The notes beneath the pieces are model-generated. The model did not search any database, was not told the DNA's origin, and saw only the letters and a program-made list of their open reading frames with translations. DNA of 26,336 bases from a virus (Duplodnaviria; Caudoviricetes), in IMG/VR virus record IMGVR_UViG_3300043414_000124, positions 1 to 26,336 of that record; one strand, 5' to 3'. Shown here in pieces: positions 1 through 9,374 of the stretch. Position 1 is the first letter of the stretch. Every line of letters begins with the position of its first letter. Made by a program: the position numbers and the translations under genes.

Positions 1-1
1 T

Positions 2-556
2 GCGAAAGCTGATAATGGTGAACCTCAGCCAAATCAATTTACTGATATGTATGAATACGCGAAAGCGTTGACAGATTATCAGGTTGAAAAGCGAATGTCG
101 GAGATTGAGACAAGGAAACAGGCAGAGCAACAGCAGAACGAAAAGAAACAAGTAATTGATTCATTCGTTAAGCGGGTTGAAGCTGCCAAGGCAAGTTTGC
201 CAGACTTTGATGAAATGGTTGGTAGCGCGGACGTTACGGTAAGTAATGAAGTGCGCGATGCAATCTGGGAATCAGATGTTGGCCCGCAAATCTTGTATCA
301 CCTTGCCGAGAATCCTGACGTTGCTGAAAAATTGAAATCAATGACCGTAGCCGCCGCTAACCGATTTATTGGCAAGCTGGAGGCCCAATTTGAGCCTCAG
401 ACAAAGCCTGTTGTTGGGAAGAGTAAAGCACCCGCACCGATTAATCCTATTCGGTCAGCAGCTAACGGAAGGGATGTGTCCTTAATAACTGATAATCAGT
501 TTCAAGGAACATATCAACAATGGAAATCTGCTCGGTTGGCGGGACGAATTCGGTAA
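2..556 (+). CDS. Capsid scaffolding protein, C-terminal part (5'-truncated by the window)
   Basis: Frame is open from base 2 (AKADNGEPQPNQFTDMYEYAKAL...). Coiled-coil, E/Q/K-rich, with an 'SDVGPQILYHLAENP' segment and basic C-terminus (RLAGRIR). Lies directly before the coat gene, as in P22-like phages. Confidence 0.8.
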   Translation, partial: AKADNGEPQPNQFTDMYEYAKALTDYQVEKRMSEIETRKQAEQQQNEKKQVIDSFVKRVEAAKASLPDFDEMVGSADVTVSNEVRDAIWESDVGPQILYHLAENPDVAEKLKSMTVAAANRFIGKLEAQFEPQTKPVVGKSKAPAPINPIRSAANGRDVSLITDNQFQGTYQQWKSARLAGRIR

Positions 557-581
557 ATAACTTTTTTTTAAGGAAATCAAA

Positions 582-1829
582 ATGAGCAATAATCTGCTTA
601 CTATTTCCATGATTACCAACGAAGCGTTGATGGTCTTGGAAAATGAACTGACGTTTTCGTCAGAGGTTGATCGTAACTATGACGATCAGTTCGCGGTCAC
701 TGGTGCAAAAATCGGCGCGACTTTGAATGTTCGCCGTCCTGGTCGTTTCATTGGTACTACCGGCCCTGCTTTGAACGTTGAAGACTTCAACGAGACAAGC
801 GTGCCTGTTACCTTGTCGACCCAATTCCACGTTGATACCCAGTTCACCACTCAGGACTTGGCATTGTCGTTGGATATGTTCTCGGATCGCGTTCTGAAGC
901 CCGCCGTGGCTGCTGTAGCCAACAAGATCGACTTTGACGGTCTGACTATGGCTAAGAACAACACCGCGAATATTGTCGGTACTGCTGGTACTCCTCCTAC
1001 GTCTTTGCTCACCTACCTCACGGCTGGTGCGTATCTGGACGCTGAAGGCGCACCACGCGATGGTCGCCGTTCGTGCATTGTTGAGCCTTTCACCGGCGCA
1101 ACGATTGTCGATTCCCTTAAAGGTCTGTTCGTGCCTAGCGCCACAATCGCAAAGCAATACGAGCGCGGCCTGATGGGTAAAGACAGCGCGGGCATGACTT
1201 GGAAAATGGATCAGAACGTGGTTAATCAAACGTTTGGTTCGTACTCCACGGCTACCTTGGCTTGCGATACTGCCACCGGCACTGGTTTCCTGACCAGCGG
1301 CTGGGCGCAGACCTCAACCATTGCGCTGACCGCCACTACCGCTACCGCTGGCCTCCAGGTCGGCGATGTGATCCAAATTGCAAACGTCTTTGCGGTCAAC
1401 CCGCAGAACCGTTCCGCATATGGTTCGGGCAAATTGCGTAACTTTGTAGTGACCGCTGCCGCTACTGTTGCGACTTCTGGAACTACCTCGGTGACTGTCA
1501 GCCCTGCTGTCATCTCCGCTGGTCAATTCCAAAATGTCACTATCACTAGCACCAGTTCCACCGCTGTTGTTACTCCGTTCAACAAGACCGGCACTGTTTC
1601 TCCGCAAAATATCGTTATGCACAAAAACGCATTTTGCCTAGCAACGGCTGATCTTGAATTGCCTGATGGGGTTCACTTTGCTGGTCGCGCATCTGATCGT
1701 GAACTGGGTCTTTCGTTGCGTGTTGTACGTCAGTACACTATCAACAACGATTCGATCCCGACACGTGTTGATGTACTCTATGGCTGGGCTCCACTCTATC
1801 CAGAGTTGGCCTGCCGTGTTGCAGCTTAA
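582..1829 (+). CDS. Major capsid protein, P22 coat (gp5) family
   Basis: 415 aa. N-terminus MSNNLLTISMITNEALMVLENEL, KIGATLNVRRP and C-terminus RVDVLYGW...PELACRV are typical of P22-type coats. SD AAGGA upstream. Confidence 0.92.
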   Translation: MSNNLLTISMITNEALMVLENELTFSSEVDRNYDDQFAVTGAKIGATLNVRRPGRFIGTTGPALNVEDFNETSVPVTLSTQFHVDTQFTTQDLALSLDMFSDRVLKPAVAAVANKIDFDGLTMAKNNTANIVGTAGTPPTSLLTYLTAGAYLDAEGAPRDGRRSCIVEPFTGATIVDSLKGLFVPSATIAKQYERGLMGKDSAGMTWKMDQNVVNQTFGSYSTATLACDTATGTGFLTSGWAQTSTIALTATTATAGLQVGDVIQIANVFAVNPQNRSAYGSGKLRNFVVTAAATVATSGTTSVTVSPAVISAGQFQNVTITSTSSTAVVTPFNKTGTVSPQNIVMHKNAFCLATADLELPDGVHFAGRASDRELGLSLRVVRQYTINNDSIPTRVDVLYGWAPLYPELACRVAA

Positions 1830-1846
1830 TTTAAGGAGAATGAATA

Positions 1847-2269
1847 ATGGCTAATCCAGGCGCAGCATCCACCACCACGAACCATCCTAGTCAGCTGGCA
1901 ACCAATCAGGCTTTGCGCTTGATTGCCTCTGCACAGGGTGTTAACCTCAACCTAGTTGCCGACACGCTTGCACCAATTTTGGTGTCAGGCCGTGTCAGCG
2001 TTCAAAGCATCATTGTGACCAATGCGTCCATTAGCTTGGATACTGCTTATTTGGCAGTGTATACAGGCGCAGGCGCTACGGGCACAGCAGTCAAATCGAC
2101 TTATGCTTTGTCGGGCAACACTACCGCCGCGAAAGTGGTTGTGACCGCAGCAACATCTACCGATGCTGTTACGAGCATTAACCTCTATGTTCGCAATACA
2201 ACCGTCCAAGGCGCAGCGGCAACCGCCGATGTGTTGATCTACGGTTACGACCTGACTTTCCTGCCTTAA
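1847..2269 (+). CDS. Putative virion structural / capsid decoration protein
   Basis: 140 aa, A/T/V-rich beta-type composition, strong SD (AAGGAG). Co-transcribed with the coat gene, ahead of the terminator. Confidence 0.55.
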   Translation: MANPGAASTTTNHPSQLATNQALRLIASAQGVNLNLVADTLAPILVSGRVSVQSIIVTNASISLDTAYLAVYTGAGATGTAVKSTYALSGNTTAAKVVVTAATSTDAVTSINLYVRNTTVQGAAATADVLIYGYDLTFLP

Positions 2270-2286
2270 AACGGCGTGGAATCATG

Positions 2287-2325
2287 AAAAGGGCCACTCT
2301 CAAAAGGGGTGGCCTTTTTTCTTTT
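2287..2325 (+). terminator. Rho-independent terminator after the capsid operon
   Basis: AAAAG-GGCCACTCT-CAAAA-GGGGTGGCC-TTTTTTCTTTT: GC-rich stem (with G-U pairs) followed by a U-tract. The preceding A-tract suggests it may be bidirectional. Confidence 0.85.
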
Positions 2326-2360
2326 AAGCATATAATTTCGGTAATCTCTAAGGGGCATCA

Positions 2361-2693
2361 ATGTCAACCGTAAACGCTTTTTCACCAAAAGGCCAGACGT
2401 TCCTTGTAACAACGTCCGATGTTCAAATCAAGACGCAAGATAATGTTGGTGCTATTTCTTACCGTGTTCGCAATTTAAGCACGGCGACCGCTTATTTTGG
2501 GTGGAAGCCTGCTGACCCAACTGGCGCATCTGTATCCATTGGGTCGGTCACAACGCCAACGGCGGGAAGCCCATCTCAAAACGTGATTGGAATGTTTCCA
2601 GAATCTGTGGAAGTTTTTACTTTGCCGCCAAATGTTTGGATGAAATCTGATACCGCTAACGCTTTTGAAGTTATTGCTGGCGAGGGCATATGA
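2361..2693 (+). CDS. Hypothetical virion protein
   Basis: 110 aa ORF with SD AAGGGG, in the structural module. Confidence 0.6.
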   Translation: MSTVNAFSPKGQTFLVTTSDVQIKTQDNVGAISYRVRNLSTATAYFGWKPADPTGASVSIGSVTTPTAGSPSQNVIGMFPESVEVFTLPPNVWMKSDTANAFEVIAGEGI

Positions 2694-2824
2694 TTCGCGG
2701 TCTTGGAATCCGGATGTATCGGTTTAGGTGTACGTTAGGCGCAGGCCATGTATTTGGTTATCTTTTGCAAGAAAATGGATTTAGCATATTGCAAGAGAAC
2801 GGCGACCAAATTATTTTGGGGTAA
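2690..2824 (+). CDS. Small 44-aa protein with doubled (L/I)LQENG motif (not in ORF track); possible fibre-attachment peptide
   Basis: ATGA overlap with the upstream stop. Translates MIRGLGIRMYRFRCTLGAGHVFGYLLQENGFSILQENGDQIILG*, filling the gap and ending 3 nt before the tailspike ATG. Confidence 0.7.
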   Translation: MIRGLGIRMYRFRCTLGAGHVFGYLLQENGFSILQENGDQIILG

Positions 2825-2827
2825 AAA

Positions 2828-4618
2828 ATGACTGTTAATCTTTCAATGTTAGCGCCAGCTGGCGCTCAATTTTTTGACAATAACGGCGTTCCTTTGGCTG
2901 GTGGCCTTGTCTATACTTATACGGCTGGAACCACTACGCCACAAGCTGCGTACACAACCAGTTCTGGCAGCACGGCCCATACCAATCCTATTGTTTTAGA
3001 TTCGGCTGGGCGGGTGGCATCTGGCGGTGAAATTTGGTTGACTGATGCAGTCGCATATAAATTTGTCATCAAAACATCTGCCGCCGTTTTGATCGGCACT
3101 TACGACAACATAACGGGCAACGCAAGCGGGATAGTTTCTTCTCTAGCTGCATCGTCAGGATCATCCCTTGTGGGGTTTATCCAGGCAGGCACAGGGGCTG
3201 TAGCCACTACGGTGCAGACTAAGCTGCGCGAAAGTGTAAGCGTCAAAGACTTTGGTGCTACGGGTGATGGCACGACTAACGATACGGCGGCTATTCAATT
3301 AGCCGTTACCGCTGCGTATGCTCAACAAAAAGCGTTGTACTTTCCAAGCGGTACATATTTGATGGCATCTACCATCACGATGGGCAATAACACCACAGAC
3401 GCGGCAAGGTTTTGTTATTTCTTTGGCGATGGCAAAGATTCAATTATTAAAGTTACCGCAGCCAACGTAAATCCGTTTTTGTGGCAAGGGCCAAATCCAG
3501 ATGTTGATGGCGCAGGCAATCGGATTGATGGCCGTATTCTTTTGGAGAAACTTCGTTTCCTTGGCCCATCGTCTGCAAACACAAACACAAACAGTATTGG
3601 CGTCAAGTTTTACGGAGTACAAGGAATCACACTGCGTGATTGCACGTTTAATGGATGGCGCGATGGTGAGTATTACCAAAACTGCGACATTGTTTCTCGA
3701 TACAACATCTATTCACAAAGCAATTACATTGCGGTAAATACTTTGGCTACAGGCTATGCAGTTAATAGCAGTTTGAATTCTTTTAACAGCTATGGTGGAT
3801 TGGTTGCTAACAACACTAATGCTGGATTTTATTTTCTTGGCGGTATTAACCCATGCTGGTTTGGAGTTAACTTTGTTGCAAATGGCGTAAGTATTGTTTG
3901 TTCGCCAAATTATGCATTGGCTGGAATGGTTACAACTAGCCCAAATATTATTGGTTGTTATTTTGAAGAAGATACCGGAACAAGCATATTATGGGGCGGT
4001 GGTAATGGTATTGTTCGTGGTGGCGTTATAAACGGATGTAATTTTATATCGGGCGCTGCAACTGCTTTAATTAGCATAGTAAATTATAGCAATGCTCTTG
4101 GGCGTGGGTTAATTAGCAATAATACCTATGACATTGCATTTCCAGGTTCTTCTGTTATTACGCAAGCAAGTTCTGCTGAAAAAATTGACATAAATAATGT
4201 AAATGCTACGCCTATAGGTGACGTAACGCCAAGCACTGGCGTGTTTACTACAGTGAACTCAGGTGTAATATTAAAACCAAGCATTGCCTCTGCTGGCACT
4301 GTTGATATTTTAAGTGTTGGTTCTTTTGGCCTTACTGCTTCTTTGAGCATGACCATTACGGCTACTGGAGCAGGAACCGTAACTTCCCGTAAATATCAAA
4401 TTATTCTTATGGGTTCAGGTACGGTTACAGGCTCAGACATTAGCTTTGTAACGGAAGTTTATAGCGCAGGCGGCAGCGCGTTTTCGCTAGGGGAAACCGC
4501 TAACTCACCGACAGCGGGAACAAATAAATTGACCATAACAAATTCTAGCGGCGCAACGGCTAGTTATCGCATAGTGTACACAGTAGAAGATTTAACTGGA
4601 ACTTTGACAATACTTTAA
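2828..4618 (+). CDS. Tailspike / receptor-binding protein: N-terminal virion-binding domain plus pectate-lyase-3-like beta-helix
   Basis: N-terminal QFFDNNGVPLAGGLVYTY.AGTTTP...NPIVLDSAGR head-binding-type motif. SVKDFGATGDGTTNDTAAIQ...LYFPSGTY is the classic beta-helix entry motif, followed by N/G-rich beta-helix sequence. Confidence 0.88.
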   Translation: MTVNLSMLAPAGAQFFDNNGVPLAGGLVYTYTAGTTTPQAAYTTSSGSTAHTNPIVLDSAGRVASGGEIWLTDAVAYKFVIKTSAAVLIGTYDNITGNASGIVSSLAASSGSSLVGFIQAGTGAVATTVQTKLRESVSVKDFGATGDGTTNDTAAIQLAVTAAYAQQKALYFPSGTYLMASTITMGNNTTDAARFCYFFGDGKDSIIKVTAANVNPFLWQGPNPDVDGAGNRIDGRILLEKLRFLGPSSANTNTNSIGVKFYGVQGITLRDCTFNGWRDGEYYQNCDIVSRYNIYSQSNYIAVNTLATGYAVNSSLNSFNSYGGLVANNTNAGFYFLGGINPCWFGVNFVANGVSIVCSPNYALAGMVTTSPNIIGCYFEEDTGTSILWGGGNGIVRGGVINGCNFISGAATALISIVNYSNALGRGLISNNTYDIAFPGSSVITQASSAEKIDINNVNATPIGDVTPSTGVFTTVNSGVILKPSIASAGTVDILSVGSFGLTASLSMTITATGAGTVTSRKYQIILMGSGTVTGSDISFVTEVYSAGGSAFSLGETANSPTAGTNKLTITNSSGATASYRIVYTVEDLTGTLTIL

Positions 4619-4628
4619 GGATTAAATA

Positions 4629-5261
4629 ATGGCTGACTCAAAAATTTCTGCTTTACCAGCGTCAACAACACCGCTTGCTGGTACTGAGGTATTGCCAATT
4701 GTGCAATCTAGCGCAACTAAACAGGTGTCGGTTGCAAATTTGACTGCGGGTCGCGCAATTAGTGCAACTCAAATTACATTAACTGCGGGAAATGTAATTC
4801 CTGCAAGTGGTTATGGCGTTGATTTTTCTGCCACCGCTGGCACAGGCACAAGCGAATTGTTGGCTGATTATGAAGAAGGCACTTGGACAATGGGGATTGC
4901 TTTTAGTGGCGGGACAACCGGAATTACATATATCGTAAATACGGGAAGATACATAAAAACAGGTAAATCAGTAACCGTTACGGGGTTGCTACTGTTAAGC
5001 AGCAAAGGAAGTTCAGCGGGCAATGCTGCGCTTACTGGGTTGCCCTACACTATAGGTGCTGGCAATGATAGTCAAAGTGCTGCTTCAATAAGACTTGCAA
5101 ATACTACATTTATTGGCCAATATCAAGCAATTGGCGCTATTGGGGGCACTGTTGTTGACTTTGGCGCAGATACCGAATTAGGTGCGGCATCAAGTTTAAC
5201 AAACACAAATTTTGCAAATAATTCGCTTATTCAAATTTCTTACACTTATTTTGTAGATTAA
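4629..5261 (+). CDS. Short tail fibre-like protein
   Basis: N-terminus MADSKISALP...LAGTEVLPIVQS. C-terminal LADYEEGTWT...GRYIKTGKSVTV...LTGLPY domain is typical of phage fibre tips. Confidence 0.7.
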   Translation: MADSKISALPASTTPLAGTEVLPIVQSSATKQVSVANLTAGRAISATQITLTAGNVIPASGYGVDFSATAGTGTSELLADYEEGTWTMGIAFSGGTTGITYIVNTGRYIKTGKSVTVTGLLLLSSKGSSAGNAALTGLPYTIGAGNDSQSAASIRLANTTFIGQYQAIGAIGGTVVDFGADTELGAASSLTNTNFANNSLIQISYTYFVD

Positions 5262-5288
5262 AAGACAAAATTTATATTTTTAACCGTA

Positions 5289-5350
5289 CCAGTTCGGACA
5301 ACTGGAAACCTTAATGTCTGACCGGATGGTCGGGCTGGAAACAAGGAAAC
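5289..5350 (+). promoter_or_regulatory. Tandem GGA-loop hairpins upstream of the RBS (candidate cis-regulatory RNA)
   Basis: CCAGTT-CGGAC-AACTGG (5289-5305) and GTCTGACC-GGAT-GGTCGGGC (5316-5335). Each ends in or is followed by CTGGAAAC, then the SD AAGGAAAC. Confidence 0.6.
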
Positions 5351-5353
5351 ATC

Positions 5354-5599
5354 ATGGCGCTAGAAAAAGTTGTATCTGTCGATCTGATTGAAGTTGTTGA
5401 AAACGGCTGCATTCAAGTTCGCACCAAAACCGCTATCAAAGAAGATGGCGTTGAAATCAGCAGCAAATTTCACCGGCACGTTGTTGCACCTGGTGATGAC
5501 TACAGCGCCGAAGATGCCAAGGTGCAAGCTATTGCTGCTTCCATCCACACTGCTGGCGTAATTGCCGCTTATCAAGCGTCTCAAGAAGCTAAAACATAA
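5354..5599 (+). CDS. Conserved small phage protein following a fibre gene (possible fibre assembly/chaperone)
   Basis: 81 aa, D.IEV.ENG.IQVR....I.EDG.EIS..FHRHVV.P pattern, good SD. Confidence 0.6.
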   Translation: MALEKVVSVDLIEVVENGCIQVRTKTAIKEDGVEISSKFHRHVVAPGDDYSAEDAKVQAIAASIHTAGVIAAYQASQEAKT

Positions 5600-5601
5600 A
5601 A

Positions 5602-6570
5602 ATGACTACCCCGCTTGACATCATTAGCCGCGCCTTAAAAGACATCGGCGCATTAGCAGCTGGTGAAGTGCCAACTGCGGATGAATCGCAAGATGCGCTT
5701 GATATGTTGAATGACATGGTGGCGCAATGGTCTAACGAAAATATGATGGTTTTTTATAAGACTGAAATCATATTTAACACCGTTCAAAACACTGTTCAAT
5801 ACACACTAGGCCCAGGCGGTTCAGTTGGAGCATCTTTTACCGGCTCTATATCTGGCACAACATTAACGGTGACCGCTATCACAACAGGCGCGATCACAAT
5901 GGGGATGACTCTTAGCGGGACAGGCATCACCGCAGGAACGACCATTGTGGCCTTTAATACGGGCGCAGGCGGCAATGTAAATGAGGCTGGTACTTACACT
6001 GTCAGCATTCCTCAAACGGCCTCTAGCACCACAATTACGGCTTATTACGAACGTCCACTGACAATTGAATCAGGCTTTGTTCGGGTCGCTACCATGCAAG
6101 GCGGGACTAATGTTGCCGGTGGATACTTAGATTATCCTTTAGCAATTTTGAGCGCAGAGGAATATCAATCTTTGGGCATAAAACAGTTAAATGGCCCTTG
6201 GGCAAAGATGATCTATTATCAGCCTAGCGAGACTTTGGGAACAATTTATTGTTATCCCAACCCATCGCAAGGGCAATTGCATCTTTTCACGCAGACTATT
6301 TTTCGGCAATTTCAAACGCTGACCGATACGATTACCCTGCCTCAAGGCTATAACAATGCGCTGCGCTGGTGTCTTGCCGAGCGTCTTATGCCGATGTATG
6401 GCAAGGCAAGCCAGGTGCAGATAGCTATGATTACAGGATATTCTGCTCAAGCTAAAGCTACGGTTAAGCGCACAAATATGCGGCCTCCACAAGTGTCGCG
6501 TTACCCTGATTCTTTGATGATGGGCAAGGCAAAAGACGCTGGTTTTATTATGGATGGCGGTTTCCGTTAA
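5602..6570 (+). CDS. Head-to-tail adaptor (P22 gp4-like) with an inserted Thr/Gly-rich beta domain
   Basis: [38 protein letters not shown]-terminus and [20 protein letters not shown]-terminus match gp4-type adaptors. Lies before the gp10-like gene. Confidence 0.78.
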   Translation: MTTPLDIISRALKDIGALAAGEVPTADESQDALDMLNDMVAQWSNENMMVFYKTEIIFNTVQNTVQYTLGPGGSVGASFTGSISGTTLTVTAITTGAITMGMTLSGTGITAGTTIVAFNTGAGGNVNEAGTYTVSIPQTASSTTITAYYERPLTIESGFVRVATMQGGTNVAGGYLDYPLAILSAEEYQSLGIKQLNGPWAKMIYYQPSETLGTIYCYPNPSQGQLHLFTQTIFRQFQTLTDTITLPQGYNNALRWCLAERLMPMYGKASQVQIAMITGYSAQAKATVKRTNMRPPQVSRYPDSLMMGKAKDAGFIMDGGFR

Positions 6571-6580
6571 GGAATAAAAA

Positions 6581-8059
6581 ATGCCTGATTTTGGCTTTGT
6601 TGGGACTTCTTACACCACACCGTCTATCTATCAAGATGGTCAAGAATGTATAAATTTCTTTGCGGAGATTGACCCTACCAAGCAGCCTGGTGACCGTGGA
6701 ATTGTTGCGCTTTATCCAACACCAGGACTTGTTTTCAAAACGCAATTGGTATCAGCTCCAGTTCGCGGTTTGCATACGATGTCAGGCGAGCAAATCCTAA
6801 TTGCTGTAGCTGGCTCATATGTCTACCAAGTCAACACCTCAATGGTTGCGACTCAGATTGGAACATTAACAACCAGCACGGGTTATGTTTCGATTTCTGA
6901 CAACATTGACAAAACCAATGGGCTGACTGCTTACATTGTTGATGGCCCAAATCGGTATACATGGGTAGTTGCGACTAACACTTTTACAACTTTGCCAAGC
7001 ACGGATGGCGCATGGCAAGGTGCATCTGTGGTTGATGTGGTGGACAACTACAACATCTATAACCAGCCTGGAACGCAAAACTGGGGCTGTACGAATTTAG
7101 GTTCTAGCCTATCAACTGGTGCGCTTTATGGCTCTGCTGATGGTTCATCTGATCTTTTGGTGACTCTTATTGTTGATCGTCGCCAAGTCTATTTGCTAGG
7201 CGAAGTGACCACCGAAGTATGGACGGATGTTGGAAATGTGATTGCAGGGATTACAACTTTTCCATTCCAACGCATTCCAGGAACATCAAGTCAATCAGGC
7301 GTTGGTGCAGCGTTTTCCGTGGCACGTTTTGATGGGTCATTTATCTGCGTAGCAAAAGACATAAAAGGCGATGCCACTATTCTTCAAATGAACGGCTATC
7401 AATGGCAACGCATTTCAACCCATGCGGTTGAGCAGTCTTTATTGAATGCGGTGACTTCAGATGCGGTAGCGTATACCTACCAAATTGAAGGCCATGAAAT
7501 GTATGTTTGCACTTTCCCTAGTGTTGGGGAATATGGGCTGACATGGGTCTACGATGGCTCCACAAAATCATGGCACAAATGGTTAGCTTGGGACTCCAAT
7601 CTTGCTGTTTACAAACGCCATCGTTCTAACTGCGGTGCATTTTTCAATGGAAATTATATTGTTGGCGATTACGAAAATGGCAAACTTTATGTGATTGAAA
7701 ATGACGTTTATACGGATGATGGAGCAACCATTCGCCGTTTGCGCCGTGCGGTTCATATAACAAGTGACCTTGAACGTCAATATTTTGAATCATTCCAGAT
7801 TCAATTTCAGCCTGGCGTTGGACTCAGCACAGGCCAAGGAAAAGACCCGCAGGCTATGTTGCGTTGGTCTAATGATGGCGGCAGCACTTACTCAAATGAG
7901 CATTGGGTAAGTATCGGTGCAATAGGCCAATACGCTAATCGTGCGTTATGGCGGCGGCTTGGCTGGTCGCGTGATCGAATCTTTGAAGTGTCTATTTCTG
8001 ACCCCGTGAAAGCGGTAATTGTCTCAGCGGAGTTGAAGGCCAGCAAAGGGGAAAATTGA
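6581..8059 (+). CDS. Tail hub / packaged-DNA stabilization protein (P22 gp10-like)
   Basis: 492 aa. QECINFF.E, LYPTPGL, RISTHAVEQ and MLRWSNDGG.T.SNE...WRRLG..RDRIFEV.ISDPVK motifs of the phage stabilisation (gp10) family. Confidence 0.88.
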   Translation: MPDFGFVGTSYTTPSIYQDGQECINFFAEIDPTKQPGDRGIVALYPTPGLVFKTQLVSAPVRGLHTMSGEQILIAVAGSYVYQVNTSMVATQIGTLTTSTGYVSISDNIDKTNGLTAYIVDGPNRYTWVVATNTFTTLPSTDGAWQGASVVDVVDNYNIYNQPGTQNWGCTNLGSSLSTGALYGSADGSSDLLVTLIVDRRQVYLLGEVTTEVWTDVGNVIAGITTFPFQRIPGTSSQSGVGAAFSVARFDGSFICVAKDIKGDATILQMNGYQWQRISTHAVEQSLLNAVTSDAVAYTYQIEGHEMYVCTFPSVGEYGLTWVYDGSTKSWHKWLAWDSNLAVYKRHRSNCGAFFNGNYIVGDYENGKLYVIENDVYTDDGATIRRLRRAVHITSDLERQYFESFQIQFQPGVGLSTGQGKDPQAMLRWSNDGGSTYSNEHWVSIGAIGQYANRALWRRLGWSRDRIFEVSISDPVKAVIVSAELKASKGEN

Positions 8060-8988
8060 TGGCGACCACGCCAAACAGCAACATCAATATTCCATACAGC
8101 CAGTTCTTGGATGCCACTACAGGCAGGCCAAGTCTGGAATGGTTGATGTGGCTGATGAACCCATCTTTCATTACTGTAAATATAGGTGGGGCATTGCCGG
8201 TTACTTCTGGTGGAACGGGACTAACCACTATCCCTACCAATGGGCAGTTGTTGATTGGTAACGGCACAGGGTATACCCTTAACACTTTAGGTTATGGCGC
8301 AGGCATCTCAGTAACCAATGGCTCGGGAACGATCACCGTTGCCAACACCGGCGTTCTGTCAAACATTGCAGGAAGTGGCATTTCTGTATCAAGTGCCACA
8401 GGCAATGTCACTGTTAGCAATACAGGTGTTTTAAGCTGGTCTGGCGGTAGTACAGGGCTAACTCCTGCTACGGCGACAACAGGCGCTGTAACGCTTGGTG
8501 GAACGCTTGCAATCTCTAGTGGCGGAACTAATGGCTCGGCGACTCCTACGGCATATGGCGTTGCTTATGGCACGGGAACAGCTTATGCGTTCACCGCTGC
8601 TGGAACAACAGGTCAATTTTTGACAGCCACCACGGGCAACGCTCCGACTTGGGCCACCATAGCTTACCAAGGCGTTTCGGCTCCAGTCACAAAAACAGCA
8701 AATTTCACGGTTGCTGCTACTGATATATGGCTAATTAACAATAAGACCGGCTCGGCCTGCACGGTCACTTTGCCTGCGGCCTCCAGCTGGACAGGGCGGG
8801 TTTTGAACTTTCAGACTTATCAAGATCAAACAACAATTTCTGCATCTAGCAATGTTGTGCCTATTGGTGGCGGCTCTGCGGGAACGTCAATTTTGCTGGC
8901 AAGCGCTGGAGATGCAACCACTTTGGTGTCGGATGGAACGAACTGGATCGCTATGAGTTACACACCTAACAACATCCTGCTGCTGTAA
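8059..8988 (+). CDS. Tail needle/fibre protein (gp26 position)
   Basis: TGATG overlap with gp10. N-terminal P..QFLD..TGRPS.EW..W anchor, GGTG and 'NTGVLS' repeats, C-terminal TKTANFTV...TVTLPAA...SDGTNW fibre domain. Confidence 0.7.
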   Translation: MATTPNSNINIPYSQFLDATTGRPSLEWLMWLMNPSFITVNIGGALPVTSGGTGLTTIPTNGQLLIGNGTGYTLNTLGYGAGISVTNGSGTITVANTGVLSNIAGSGISVSSATGNVTVSNTGVLSWSGGSTGLTPATATTGAVTLGGTLAISSGGTNGSATPTAYGVAYGTGTAYAFTAAGTTGQFLTATTGNAPTWATIAYQGVSAPVTKTANFTVAATDIWLINNKTGSACTVTLPAASSWTGRVLNFQTYQDQTTISASSNVVPIGGGSAGTSILLASAGDATTLVSDGTNWIAMSYTPNNILLL

Positions 8989-9011
8989 CATATGATAAAT
9001 AAGGAAAAATT

Positions 9012-9374
9012 GTGAACCACGCCGAATTATTTGCGGCCCATGAGGGACAATTTGATGCTGATTTAGGCATAGAACATCACTTTTCTGATGGTCTTTATGC
9101 TAAAAGAATGTTTATTCCTGCTGGCTTTATAGCTGGAACTCATGCTCACAATTACAGCCATTTAAGCATTCTTGCCAAAGGACGGGTCATTGTTCGGACA
9201 AATGACACTGAAAAAGAATACACCGCACCGGCCTGTTTGGAAATAAAATCAGGCATTCATCACACCATTGAAGCATTAGAAAACTGTGAGTGGTTTTGCA
9301 TTCACGCAACTGAAGAAACTGATGCAAGCAAAATTGACGAAGTTTTGATTCGAAAGGAAACATCATGCCACTAG
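9012..9374 (+). CDS. Cupin-fold protein
   Basis: HHFSDGLYAK...IPAG....THAHNYSHLSIL..G.V and G.HH.I.ALE...W.CIHAT: two-motif His-rich cupin signature. GTG start after SD AAGGA. Confidence 0.75.
   Translation: MNHAELFAAHEGQFDADLGIEHHFSDGLYAKRMFIPAGFIAGTHAHNYSHLSILAKGRVIVRTNDTEKEYTAPACLEIKSGIHHTIEALENCEWFCIHATEETDASKIDEVLIRKETSCH

Noticed and set aside
660-1854. Alternative-frame and antisense ORFs inside the capsid gene (e.g. 660-1229 minus, 1654-1854 plus); possible capsid frameshift extension
   Set aside because: Shadow ORFs of a strongly biased gene. No SD, and no slippery heptamer near the capsid stop.
2828-8988. Diversity-generating retroelement or invertible tail-fibre cassette
   Set aside because: No reverse transcriptase or invertase, and I saw no TR/VR-like repeat pair by eye. 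A self dot-plot would be needed to exclude it fully.
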